From positions 155,387 through 219,386 of the forward strand of contig CAYXED010000002.1 of the NCBI GenBank assembly GCA_964463965.1: a stretch of DNA of 64,000 nucleotides, written 5' to 3'. The notes under the pieces were generated by a model. The model had not been told where the DNA came from and searched no databases. It saw only the letters and a program-made list of their open reading frames with translations. This DNA comes from an uncultured Nitrospiraceae bacterium. GTDB lineage: Bacteria; Nitrospirota; Nitrospiria; Nitrospirales; UBA2166. A program made the position numbers and the translations under genes. This document shows positions 35,381 through 44,453 of this stretch, piece after piece (position 1 is the stretch's first letter; the number at the start of each line of letters is the position of its first letter).

Positions 35381-36135
35381 CCCTTCCTCAAACTATTATT
35401 GTGACTGGAGGCACAAAAGGCATAGGAGCCGAAATATCAAGTGCCTTTTGTAAGTCAGGGGCATCAGTTCTTATTGGTGCTAGGCATGATAATGGTTTTG
35501 TAAAAGATCTCGGCAAAACAGCCCGTTTTCAGTGCATCGATGTGTGTAGGCCTAATGATCACAAAATGCTAGTTGAAGCAGCATTAGAATGGACAGGGCG
35601 TATTGACGTGTTTATTAATTGTGCGGGTTATTCAGCATGGAAGCCTGTAGTGGGAATTGATGAGCATTTCTGGGATCAAATGATTGATACTAATCTAAAA
35701 GGCACATTTTTTGGCTGCCAAGCAGCAGCAGAGCATCTTCAAAGTCCAGGTGGATCAATTATCAACATATCAAGCTTAGCTGGAAAGCGTGGGAGTGCAA
35801 ACAATTCTGTCTATTGTGCCTCAAAGTTTGGAGTTAACGGACTGACTCAAGCTTTAGCAAAAGAACTTGGGCCACGTGGAATTAGGGTAAATGCTGTGTG
35901 CCCTGTTTATGTGCAGACCCCTGGACTGCTTAATGCGCTTCAAGATATTCATGCCCCTCCACTAGGTACAGATGTTACTCAGTATTTAGAAACGTTCACC
36001 GAAGGAAATTCGGCCTTATCTCGCTTGCCTTCTGGTAATGAAGTTGCGAAAGCTTGTATCTTTTTAGCATCTAAGGAATCGTCGGCGATTACTGGGCAAT
36101 GTATTAATGTCGATTGTGGTGTGTTACCTCAATAA
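35377..36135 (+). CDS. Short-chain dehydrogenase/reductase
   Basis: 252 aa with VTGGTKGIGAEIS and YCASKFGVNGL. ATGA overlap with the upstream gene. Confidence 0.9.
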   Translation: MTLPQTIIVTGGTKGIGAEISSAFCKSGASVLIGARHDNGFVKDLGKTARFQCIDVCRPNDHKMLVEAALEWTGRIDVFINCAGYSAWKPVVGIDEHFWDQMIDTNLKGTFFGCQAAAEHLQSPGGSIINISSLAGKRGSANNSVYCASKFGVNGLTQALAKELGPRGIRVNAVCPVYVQTPGLLNALQDIHAPPLGTDVTQYLETFTEGNSALSRLPSGNEVAKACIFLASKESSAITGQCINVDCGVLPQ

Positions 36136-36272
36136 ACTACCTACTTTCTTATTAGAGACCATATGACCAATATGGGTTTTCTATGTAGTGGCAAAGGCAG
36201 ATACCTCCCCCCCTCTATTTAATTGATGAGTAAAGTTTATCTTCCAATGAAAATTTATTAGTTGAGGCATCC

Positions 36273-37052
36273 GTGAAGGGGAAAAAAGTTATAGCTATAG
36301 TGCCAGCCAGAATGGCCTCATCGCGCTTTCCAGGTAAGCCACTCACAATGATCCATGGTTTGGCGATGGTTGAACATGTTCGCCGGAGAGCTTTGTTGGC
36401 TAATGGTATTGATGAGGTTGTTGTTGCGACGTGTGATAAAGTTATTGCTGATACCGTTATTTCCGCAGGAGGTGAAGCAGTTATGACCTCGGATAAACAT
36501 GAGCGTTCAACTGAACGTGTTGCTGAGGCAATGCAATCTCTTACTGGAGATGTTGTTGTAGTTGTTCAGGGGGATGAGCCTCTGCTTTTGCCGCACACTG
36601 TTGAACGTGTGGCAAACCCTTTAGTTGAAAGAGATGATGTTCAATGTGCAGCGTTTCTCTCAAATATTAAGCATGAAAGCGATTATGATAACCCGAATAT
36701 TGTGAAGGCAGCATGTGATCAGAGAGATTTTGTCTTCTTTTTGTCTCGGGCAAGAATCCCCTATGTTCGACGGCCAGGTTCTTTGCCTATATATCGCGAG
36801 ACTGGAATTAGGGCATTTAAATCCACTTTTCTTCCTGTCTATGCACAGTTAAGGGAAACACCTCTTGAGAAAGCAGAGGAAGTCGATATGCTGCGTATAT
36901 TGGAACATCGATACTCAATCTTGGGTGTTTTAGGAGATGAAGAAACGATTGGCGTAGACCATAAAGAGGATATTGAAGGTATTGAATGTAGCTTGAAAAC
37001 AGATCCTGTACAAATAGCCCTACACAAGGCTATTACCGGAGGCAGTGCATGA
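36273..37052 (+). CDS. KdsB-like 3-deoxy-ulosonate cytidylyltransferase
   Basis: 259 aa with AIVPARMASSRFPGKPL and VVQGDEPLL, closely following the KdsB pattern. GTG start. Confidence 0.8.
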   Translation: MKGKKVIAIVPARMASSRFPGKPLTMIHGLAMVEHVRRRALLANGIDEVVVATCDKVIADTVISAGGEAVMTSDKHERSTERVAEAMQSLTGDVVVVVQGDEPLLLPHTVERVANPLVERDDVQCAAFLSNIKHESDYDNPNIVKAACDQRDFVFFLSRARIPYVRRPGSLPIYRETGIRAFKSTFLPVYAQLRETPLEKAEEVDMLRILEHRYSILGVLGDEETIGVDHKEDIEGIECSLKTDPVQIALHKAITGGSA

Positions 37053-38101
37053 AAGCGGTCATTATTGGATACGGATATATGGGGGAAATTCGAAAGCGTG
37101 TTATAGACACGATTGATGGGCTTACCCTTGAAGCAATTTGTGATCCAAATTTAAATTCTAATGATACAAATCATGATTGCCCCATTTACGATGATTATCG
37201 TGAGGTAATTGACAAGGTATGCCCTGATATAGTTTTTGTTTGTACCCCTAATAGGTTTTCTCCAGAAGTTTGTGTATACGCTATGGAGCGAGGGCATCAT
37301 GTCTTTTGTGAAAAACCCCCTGGAAGAAATCTTCAGGATATTAGGAAAATTATTGCTGCAGAACAGGGAGCTCAAAATGTGAAATTGATGTTTGGGTTCA
37401 ATCATCGCCATCATCCAGCCATTCTTGAGGCAAAGGCTTTGGTTGATGCTGGGCGAATGGGGCGTATTATGTGGTTACGTGGAGTATATGGGAAATCTGG
37501 TGGATTTGGGAGTAGTTTTGAAAGTTCATGGCGTAATGATCCTGCTATTTCTGGTGGTGGGATTCTTTTAGATCAAGGAATTCATATGCTTGATCTGTTT
37601 AGGTTTTTTTGTGGTGATTTTGAGCATGTTCAAGGATTATTAACAACGGCATGCTGGGATATTCCTGTTGAGGATAATGCGTTTGTACTGTTACGCAATA
37701 AGCAGGGACAGATTGCTCAACTCCACTCTTCGGCGACATTATGGAAACATACTTTTCATATAGAACTTGGGCTAGAGAGAGGATATTTAATCGCCCATGG
37801 GCTTCTGTCAAAGACCGGAAGCTATGGGAGAGAGACATTGATTATTGGGCGTAAGCCTGCCACTGCTGATGAAGCTGCCGTGGGTAACCCTCGAGAAGAA
37901 ATTATTTATTTTGATAAAGATTTGTCGTGGGATGTACAAGTTCTAGAGTTATTGCACTGTATAGAGAATGATTGCCCTGTGGTTGAAAGTTCATCGAGTG
38001 ATGCCTTGAAGGTAATGGAGCTGATTGATGCCGTATATCGGGAAGCAGGAGCAAATGTTGAGCTATCGGTTGCGTCGATGACTGCAGAGGAACGGTCATG
38101 A
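37049..38101 (+). CDS. Gfo/Idh/MocA-family oxidoreductase (paralogue of 6564-7550)
   Basis: 350 aa with VIIGYGYMG, VFCEKPP, FGFNHRHH and GGGILLDQGIHMLDLF. Confidence 0.9.
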   Translation: MKAVIIGYGYMGEIRKRVIDTIDGLTLEAICDPNLNSNDTNHDCPIYDDYREVIDKVCPDIVFVCTPNRFSPEVCVYAMERGHHVFCEKPPGRNLQDIRKIIAAEQGAQNVKLMFGFNHRHHPAILEAKALVDAGRMGRIMWLRGVYGKSGGFGSSFESSWRNDPAISGGGILLDQGIHMLDLFRFFCGDFEHVQGLLTTACWDIPVEDNAFVLLRNKQGQIAQLHSSATLWKHTFHIELGLERGYLIAHGLLSKTGSYGRETLIIGRKPATADEAAVGNPREEIIYFDKDLSWDVQVLELLHCIENDCPVVESSSSDALKVMELIDAVYREAGANVELSVASMTAEERS

Positions 38102-39123
38102 AAACTGTTGTTTTTGAGCAAAACTGTATGGAGTTTGAAATCAAACCTCATGAAATGTTGGGGAAATATCTTGCCTTGAGTGGAAGAGAGATTGAGTCAT
38201 GGCTTTTAGATTCTGACCAATTGGTAGAGTGTGTTTGTCCAGGATGCCAAGAGAGTAAGAGTGTTATCGCATTTGAAAAGCTTGGTCTGACATATCGTGA
38301 GTGCGTTCATTGTAGGTCTGTGTATGTAACGCCTCGACCACAGGAAACGCTCCTTGTTGATTTCTATAGAAACTCACGTGCTGCAAGATTTTGGAGAGAG
38401 AGTATTCTTTTAGAAACAAAAAATATGAGACGAGAAAAAGTCTTTAAGCCTCGTGCTCAATGGTTGTTGGGAGTAGTGGATCGTTATTATCCATCGGCTG
38501 CTAAAGGTATTGTTATTGGTTATCATAATGACTTGCTCATTCAGGAGCTTTCGTCCCAAGAAAAACATCTTTTTGAAATGATAGTTACTAATCCAATTGC
38601 AGATATTGAATATGAAAAAACGAACTTTCAGAATGTCCGTATTTGCCCTGAGAATATTGTAGATGTACCTTCACATGGACCTGTCGAGCTGTTTTTGGCA
38701 TTTGACATATTAGATCGTTGTTATGATGTTAATACAGTACTTTCAACTGCAAGTCAGGTTTTGTCTCCAGGAGGGCTCCTTCTGGGTAGTACGGTGTTAA
38801 GTACTGGGTTTGATATACAAGTATTATGGGATCGCTCTGAAAATACATATCCCCCTGACCGGCTTAATCTTCTTTCAGTTGAAGGCTTAACTACGTTGTA
38901 TGAACGACATGGCTTTGAGGCAATTGAATTTAGCACCCCGGGTATGTTTGATGTTGAGGTTGTTGAACGAGCAATACGTTCAAGCTCGGAAGAGAACTGG
39001 CCAAAATTTATTCGTTATGTACTTGAAAGTAGGAACGAAGAGGCTAAAAGTGATCTTCAAGAATACCTTCAGCGGTATCGTTTGAGCTCATTTGCACGAT
39101 TTGTTTTGAGGAAGAAAAGCTAA
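38098..39123 (+). CDS. Zn-ribbon plus class I methyltransferase-like protein
   Basis: 341 aa. N-terminal CPGC...CVHC four-Cys ribbon. The later segment VELFLAFDILDRCYDVNTVLSTASQVLSPGGLLLGS resembles MTase motifs II-III. The glycine-rich SAM loop is not obvious. Confidence 0.5.
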   Translation: MKTVVFEQNCMEFEIKPHEMLGKYLALSGREIESWLLDSDQLVECVCPGCQESKSVIAFEKLGLTYRECVHCRSVYVTPRPQETLLVDFYRNSRAARFWRESILLETKNMRREKVFKPRAQWLLGVVDRYYPSAAKGIVIGYHNDLLIQELSSQEKHLFEMIVTNPIADIEYEKTNFQNVRICPENIVDVPSHGPVELFLAFDILDRCYDVNTVLSTASQVLSPGGLLLGSTVLSTGFDIQVLWDRSENTYPPDRLNLLSVEGLTTLYERHGFEAIEFSTPGMFDVEVVERAIRSSSEENWPKFIRYVLESRNEEAKSDLQEYLQRYRLSSFARFVLRKKS

Positions 39124-39127
39124 ATTT

Positions 39128-39937
39128 TTGAATGGTGACAATATGTTAGCAGAAAAAATACACAAAATTTTCCAAGAAGGAAAAGTTAGTATTGGATCTT
39201 GGATGTCTATGGCTCATGTTTCAATTGCTGAAATTTTAGCAGGAGCTGGGTTTGATTGGGTCGTGATTGAGACGGAGCATACTGCTATTGATGTGTCAGA
39301 AGTATTGCGTCTTATCATTGCGCTTGAAGGAGAAGGGACTGTCCCGTTGGTGCGGCTTGCTTGGAATGATCCTATCCAAGCTAAAGCAGTATTGGATTCA
39401 GGGGCAGCTGGTGTTTTAGTTCCCAATGTCAATACCAAGGAAGATGCTGAATTAGCCGTTAGTAGTGTCAAGTATCCTCCATTAGGTTCTCGTGGTGTCG
39501 GTCTTGCACGGGCGCAAAGATATGGAGAAGATCTGCAGCACTATGTTGAGCGTGCGAATCGAGACAGTTTACTTATGGTGCAGATTGAACATATTGATGC
39601 TGTGAATAATATTGACAGTATTCTTTCCGTGCCTGGTATTACTGGCACATTTATTGGTCCATATGATTTATCTTTATCTATGGGGCTAGTAGGGCAATTG
39701 TCTCACCCTAAAGTGCAGGCGGCCAAACAGCGTGTATTGGAAGCGACTAAGGATCATGGGCTGGTTCCTGGAATTCATTTAGTACACTCAGATACTGCAG
39801 CCGAAGAATTTAAGCAATGTGTAGAAGTGGGCTATAAATTCATCGCCTTAGGTACTGATATTTTATTTCTTGGAAACTCTTGCCGTGATCTTCACGCTAA
39901 AACGCGTAACTTCCTCAAAAAAATAACAGTCAATTGA
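39128..39937 (+). CDS. HpcH/HpaI-family class II (pyruvate) aldolase
   Basis: SWMSMAHVSIAEILAGAGFDWVVIETEHTAIDV and VRL...GVLVPNV match the family pattern. The start is TTG 39128 or ATG 39143. Confidence 0.8.
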   Translation: MNGDNMLAEKIHKIFQEGKVSIGSWMSMAHVSIAEILAGAGFDWVVIETEHTAIDVSEVLRLIIALEGEGTVPLVRLAWNDPIQAKAVLDSGAAGVLVPNVNTKEDAELAVSSVKYPPLGSRGVGLARAQRYGEDLQHYVERANRDSLLMVQIEHIDAVNNIDSILSVPGITGTFIGPYDLSLSMGLVGQLSHPKVQAAKQRVLEATKDHGLVPGIHLVHSDTAAEEFKQCVEVGYKFIALGTDILFLGNSCRDLHAKTRNFLKKITVN

Positions 39938-40593
39938 CCGTACTTCGTGCCATCGTTTTGGACTTTGATGGTGTGCTCGCCGAGTCTAACGAAGTCAAGG
40001 AGCATGCCTTTGAAGACTTATTTGCGCTATATCCGCTCTATCAAGAGGACATGCGGAACTATCATAGAGAGCACTACTCCATGCCACGTGAAGAGAAGTT
40101 TAAATATTATGTTTCAAATTTCATGGGGAGAAAAAATGATTTGGCTATGACCTCAACTATGTCAAAGCAGTTCTCAGACTTTGTAAAACCTCTCGTAATT
40201 AGTGCTCCGGATGTGCCTGGAGCTAGGGAATTTCTTAACGAGTTTTCAACAAAAATTCCCCTATATATCTCATCTGTGACTCCGCAATCTGAATTATTAG
40301 AAATTGTTGCTGCAAGAGGGATAGCTCCTATGGTTCAGGGAATTTTTGGAAATCCGCCATGGAGAAAACCCGATGCAATATGTGAGATTTTGAAACGTGA
40401 AAATGCAGATCCGTCAGAGGTTGTATTTATTGGGGATTCTCCGTCAGATTTTTATTCCGCAAAAGAAGTTGGAGTAAGGTTTATTGGGCGAGACAGTGGA
40501 GTGCTATTTGATGGCATTGAGGTGAAGCTACATAAAAATTTATTTATAATTTCAAGCATTGTACGAGAATTGGTAAAGGGGCGAGATGACTGA
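39934..40593 (+). CDS. HAD-superfamily phosphatase (phosphoglycolate-phosphatase-like)
   Basis: 219 aa with VLDFDGVLAES (DxDG) and IGDSPSD. TTGA overlap with the upstream gene. Confidence 0.8.
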   Translation: MTVLRAIVLDFDGVLAESNEVKEHAFEDLFALYPLYQEDMRNYHREHYSMPREEKFKYYVSNFMGRKNDLAMTSTMSKQFSDFVKPLVISAPDVPGAREFLNEFSTKIPLYISSVTPQSELLEIVAARGIAPMVQGIFGNPPWRKPDAICEILKRENADPSEVVFIGDSPSDFYSAKEVGVRFIGRDSGVLFDGIEVKLHKNLFIISSIVRELVKGRDD

Positions 40594-41521
40594 CGTCGAT
40601 ATTTTTGTAACATTATCTACTTTTTGCGAAGACTCTGATGAACCAATGATGGTTTTGGAACAAAGTGGTTTTACTTTCAATGTAAACTCTCTTGCACGGC
40701 GTATGACTTCTGGGGAAGTAATTGAATTAGGAGGGAAGGCGAGGGCGTTTGTTGCGGGTCTAGAGAAATATGATGCAGAAACCATTTCACAAATGCCTAA
40801 TATATCTTGCATAAGTCGCTGCGGGGTTGGGATTGATAATATTGATTTGAAAGTTGCAGAACAGAGAAATATTGAAATTTTAAATACTCCTGAGGAGCCT
40901 ATCATTGCGGTAGCCGAAATGACATTGGCCATGATGCTTGCGTTGCTTCGTCAGCTTCCCCGTGTGAATGCTTTAATGAGGGATAGAAAGTGGAAACGTG
41001 TGCGAGGAAACCTTCTTGCGGGCAAGACAATTGGAATCATCGGAATGGGGCGTATTGGGAAGCGTGTAATTGAGCTTGTTAGGGCATTCCGTGCACGTGC
41101 TATTGTGGTAGATCCTTTCCCTGATATTAATTGGGCACGTGAGAATGAGGTGGAGCTGGTCGATATGAATGAGCTCCTTCAGCGCGCTGAAATTATTTCC
41201 ATTCACGCATCTCCATCCGGGGACAATGTGTGTTTATTGGATGAAGAAAATATCCAGAAAATTCGTCCTGGAGCGTGGTTAATTAATATGGCTAGGGGAG
41301 ATATGGTAAATGATGTAGCCCTCGCTAGTGCGCTTTTATCCGGACAACTGAGCGGTGTTGGTATGGATGTGTTTTCTACCGAACCTTATAGTGGCGTTCT
41401 CTGTGATAGTGATCGTGTGATGCTATCTCCACACCAAGCAACATTAACTGTAGAAACTCGTGAAAAAATGGAACTTAAGGCAGTCAAAAATGCTGTTGAC
41501 TACCTTAAAGCACACGGTTGA
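40586..41521 (+). CDS. D-isomer-specific 2-hydroxyacid dehydrogenase (phosphoglycerate dehydrogenase-like)
   Basis: 311 aa with GKTIGIIGMGRIGKRV and the Arg/Glu/His triad context (MARGDMV, DVFSTEP, SPHQA). Confidence 0.85.
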   Translation: MTDVDIFVTLSTFCEDSDEPMMVLEQSGFTFNVNSLARRMTSGEVIELGGKARAFVAGLEKYDAETISQMPNISCISRCGVGIDNIDLKVAEQRNIEILNTPEEPIIAVAEMTLAMMLALLRQLPRVNALMRDRKWKRVRGNLLAGKTIGIIGMGRIGKRVIELVRAFRARAIVVDPFPDINWARENEVELVDMNELLQRAEIISIHASPSGDNVCLLDEENIQKIRPGAWLINMARGDMVNDVALASALLSGQLSGVGMDVFSTEPYSGVLCDSDRVMLSPHQATLTVETREKMELKAVKNAVDYLKAHG

Positions 41522-43137
41522 CTTTTTTAAAGGCTCTGGATATGACAGAAGAGCAGTTTAGCTATGTTACCGCTGCATGCGACAGAATTCTAACCCGATC
41601 AAATGTTCCTCTTGAGTGGGTAGCCATCCCCTGGCTTCATGTGCATTGTGGCCATCCACATTATCTGGCCAACTACATGGGTCTTTTAAAAAGTATGCAT
41701 GTTTCTGATTGCCAGGGGAATGATGCCTATGATAAGGGCATGAGTTTAGAAAAACTCTTCAGCGCAACGTATAAAATAGGGAAGACTGCAAAAAATATAT
41801 TATGGGGATCTCCATATAAAAAAAGTAAATCTTCATGCAAGTTGGATTTCGGGCACACCAATCAGATAGATATTATTATAGTGTCATGGCTAGTCAATAC
41901 CGCTCATCTTGAGCATCAAGATGATTTCTATTTTGGGAGCCTTCAGTCACTTCTAGCTGGGAGAGGCCTAAATTCACTGCTTGTGTTGAAGAATCAGACA
42001 GGACTTCCTACTTATTCTCTCCTTGATCGTGCGCGACGCATTGGGGCTAGCGCAAGGATAATGCTTCCAGATACAAATACTCTTTTTAGGGAGCTTGGTT
42101 ACCTTAAGCGTGTTGTTGGGGCACGATATCAACTTAATGTTTTAGAGAATGAGGCATTCTCTATCATAGAGAAAAACGTGTGCCGGGAGGCAAAACAACG
42201 TGTTGTGTCAAATGGCACAATTGCTAATCTTCGTTTGCATGACCAGATGGTTGATTTGTGTCAGCAGGTTCGACCATCTATCGTAATTTCCTTGTATGAA
42301 GGATACTCTTGGGAACGATGCCTTTGGAGAGCAGTTCGAGATTCTAAGGTGTCTGCCTGTCGTGTGGGGTATCAACATACAGTATTACGGAAACATGCGC
42401 ACTCTGCTATCCGGACATTTGGGCAAACCAATCAATATGATCCAGATATTATTCTTGCTCTCGGCGAGATAACACAAAATATATTACAAAGGAAAGATGC
42501 CACTAAAAACTCTCCAGTATTTTCCTTTGGATCTCATCGACGTATGCCACGTAAAGTATTAGATGGTAAACCAAGTTTTATCTCAACGTTTCTTGTGCTG
42601 CCTGAGGGTATGCCAACAGAAGCAATTTTTCTCTTTGAATTTGCGATCACTTGTGCAAAACGATTAGAGAAAGTTAAATTTATTTTTCGTACTCACCCTA
42701 ATTTAGACTTTCTAAGCATTAAAGGGAATATTCGGGGATTTGATGATGAATTGCATAATGTTGAAGTGAGTAACAAACAACTACTTGAAGATGATTTAGA
42801 GAGGTCAGGTTACGTAATGTATCGGGGGTCGTCATCAGTCCTATATGCAGTAATTGCAGGATTGAAGCCATTTTATATTGAAAAATTTGGTGAAATGTCA
42901 ATTGATCCATTGTACGAATTAAAGACATGGAGAGAAACTATTCATTCCATAGATGATTGGGAAAGTATATTTTTGAAATCTCAGATTGATAAAGATAAAA
43001 ATGGTGATCAGGGTTGGGAATCTGCTCGAGCGTACTGTGATAGGTATGCTCCGCCTGTTCAAGGACTAGCAATTGACAGTATGTTGAAGGCGGCAATTGG
43101 TTTTAAAAACACACCGCCTGTGCAGCATAGAGGATGA
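41518..43137 (+). CDS. Hypothetical protein, 539 aa (candidate transferase)
   Basis: Long ORF with no motif I recognise. The start is TTG 41518 (TTGA overlap) or ATG 41542. Confidence 0.6.
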   Translation: MTFLKALDMTEEQFSYVTAACDRILTRSNVPLEWVAIPWLHVHCGHPHYLANYMGLLKSMHVSDCQGNDAYDKGMSLEKLFSATYKIGKTAKNILWGSPYKKSKSSCKLDFGHTNQIDIIIVSWLVNTAHLEHQDDFYFGSLQSLLAGRGLNSLLVLKNQTGLPTYSLLDRARRIGASARIMLPDTNTLFRELGYLKRVVGARYQLNVLENEAFSIIEKNVCREAKQRVVSNGTIANLRLHDQMVDLCQQVRPSIVISLYEGYSWERCLWRAVRDSKVSACRVGYQHTVLRKHAHSAIRTFGQTNQYDPDIILALGEITQNILQRKDATKNSPVFSFGSHRRMPRKVLDGKPSFISTFLVLPEGMPTEAIFLFEFAITCAKRLEKVKFIFRTHPNLDFLSIKGNIRGFDDELHNVEVSNKQLLEDDLERSGYVMYRGSSSVLYAVIAGLKPFYIEKFGEMSIDPLYELKTWRETIHSIDDWESIFLKSQIDKDKNGDQGWESARAYCDRYAPPVQGLAIDSMLKAAIGFKNTPPVQHRG

Positions 43138-43146
43138 GGAGGAAGC

Positions 43147-43743
43147 ATGGTATATGCAGCTCAGTATTTGGCGGAAACTGCTCAGATTGTTGAGAAACTC
43201 GACCCTAATGCCATTGAAAAGCTTGCACGGATGATTGTTGAGATGCGTGCACAAGGAGGACGGTTATTTATTTTGGGTGTTGGTGGAGGTGCTGGGCATG
43301 CTTCTCATGCTGTATGTGATTTCAGGAAGATTGCTGGCATTGAGTGTTATGCGCCAAGTGATAATGTATCGGAGTTGACTGCTCGAGTAAATGATGAAGG
43401 GTGGGATACTACATATGCAGAGTGGCTTAAAATTAGCCGTCTTTGTGGCAATGATCTTATCCTTATTTTTTCCGTTGGAGGAGGTGACCGAGAGAGGAAT
43501 GTAAGTCAAAACATTGTGTGTGCAATCGATTATGCTCAGAAAGTAAGGGCAAAGGTCATGGGGATTGTTGGGCGTGATGGGGGGTACACTGCAAAGGTTG
43601 CAGATGCGTGTGTGATAGTTCCCACTGTAAATCCAAAATCTGTGACGGTTCATACTGAAGGGTTTCAAGCACTTCTCTGGCATCTATTAGTGTCACACCC
43701 TGATGTGCAAAAGGGTCCTATGAAATGGGAGACACTCCAATAA
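43147..43743 (+). CDS. SIS-domain isomerase (GmhA-like phosphoheptose isomerase family)
   Basis: 198 aa with LFILGVGGGAGHASHAVCDF and ILIFSVGGG. Confidence 0.8.
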   Translation: MVYAAQYLAETAQIVEKLDPNAIEKLARMIVEMRAQGGRLFILGVGGGAGHASHAVCDFRKIAGIECYAPSDNVSELTARVNDEGWDTTYAEWLKISRLCGNDLILIFSVGGGDRERNVSQNIVCAIDYAQKVRAKVMGIVGRDGGYTAKVADACVIVPTVNPKSVTVHTEGFQALLWHLLVSHPDVQKGPMKWETLQ

Positions 43744-43759
43744 TTGGAGGTATGGGAAA

Positions 43760-44443
43760 ATGCCAATTTTTCTAGACTCAAGTAACCTTGATGAAATTAA
43801 GCCATTCCATCGGATGGGTATCGTGCGAGGGGTAACCACCAATCCAACCATTATGCTTAAAGACGGAGTTGCTGGAGGCATGCAGGCAATTGAAGAGAGA
43901 TCAAAAGCAATTGCTACGCTTATTGCCCCTTATCCTCTTTCTGTTGAAGTGACTACAAATGATAGGAAAAAAATGCTTGAACAGGCTAGGGCGTATGCTG
44001 AGTGGGCAGATAACATTGTGGTCAAAATTACCATTCATGGACCAGAGGGAGAACTTGAGAACATGGAAGTTATTCATGAACTAGAGACTGTTCATGATGT
44101 TCGTGTCAATGTCACAGCCATGATGAGTGCTCAGCAATGCTTATTAGCCGCAATGGCGGGAGCAACATATGTGTCACTTTTTGGTGGGAGAGTCAACAAT
44201 ATGGGTTATAACGCTTGTGGAGAAATTCGGAGACTTCGACAGGTTCTAGATGATTTTGATCTTCCTGCAAAAATTATTGTTGGGTCGACGAGAGAGGTTC
44301 TTAATGTTATTGAATGGTTAGAAGCAGGTGCACACATTGTAACGACTGTTCCAAATTTGATACGTGGTATGCTCGTCCACCCGTATTCAAAAGAAACAGT
44401 CCAAATGTTTCTTCGGGATGCCAAGAAGTCCGAAGAATTATAA
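43760..44443 (+). CDS. Transaldolase-family protein, short type (TalC / fructose-6-phosphate aldolase-like)
   Basis: 227 aa with N-terminal FLDSSNLDEIKPFHRMGIVRGVTTNPTI and a Schiff-base lysine context NIVVKITIHG. Confidence 0.85.
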   Translation: MPIFLDSSNLDEIKPFHRMGIVRGVTTNPTIMLKDGVAGGMQAIEERSKAIATLIAPYPLSVEVTTNDRKKMLEQARAYAEWADNIVVKITIHGPEGELENMEVIHELETVHDVRVNVTAMMSAQQCLLAAMAGATYVSLFGGRVNNMGYNACGEIRRLRQVLDDFDLPAKIIVGSTREVLNVIEWLEAGAHIVTTVPNLIRGMLVHPYSKETVQMFLRDAKKSEEL

Positions 44444-44453
44444 GGAGTCAGTG

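Noticed and set aside
30626-36135. Reading the FkbH/ACP/MaoC/SDR genes as a polyketide or antibiotic biosynthetic cluster.
   Set aside because: No ketosynthase, PKS acyltransferase, thioesterase or NRPS domains occur anywhere in the window, and the flanking genes are all glycan-related. An acyl-decoration role is more parsimonious.
36207-36213. A C7 tract in the spacer upstream of the KdsB-like gene, plus G7 tracts at 56675-56681 and 59819-59825.
   Set aside because: They are shorter than typical contingency tracts. They are noted only as context for the G9 and A11 tracts.
43264-43683. A 139-aa ORF on the - strand, plus many similar antisense or alternate-frame ORFs in the track (for example 40552-40932, 5056-5379, 59641-59982, 13853-14176).
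   Set aside because: All lie entirely inside longer + strand ORFs that have clear family motifs. Their translations are low-complexity or Ser/Pro/Arg-rich with no motifs. I treat them as shadow ORFs.
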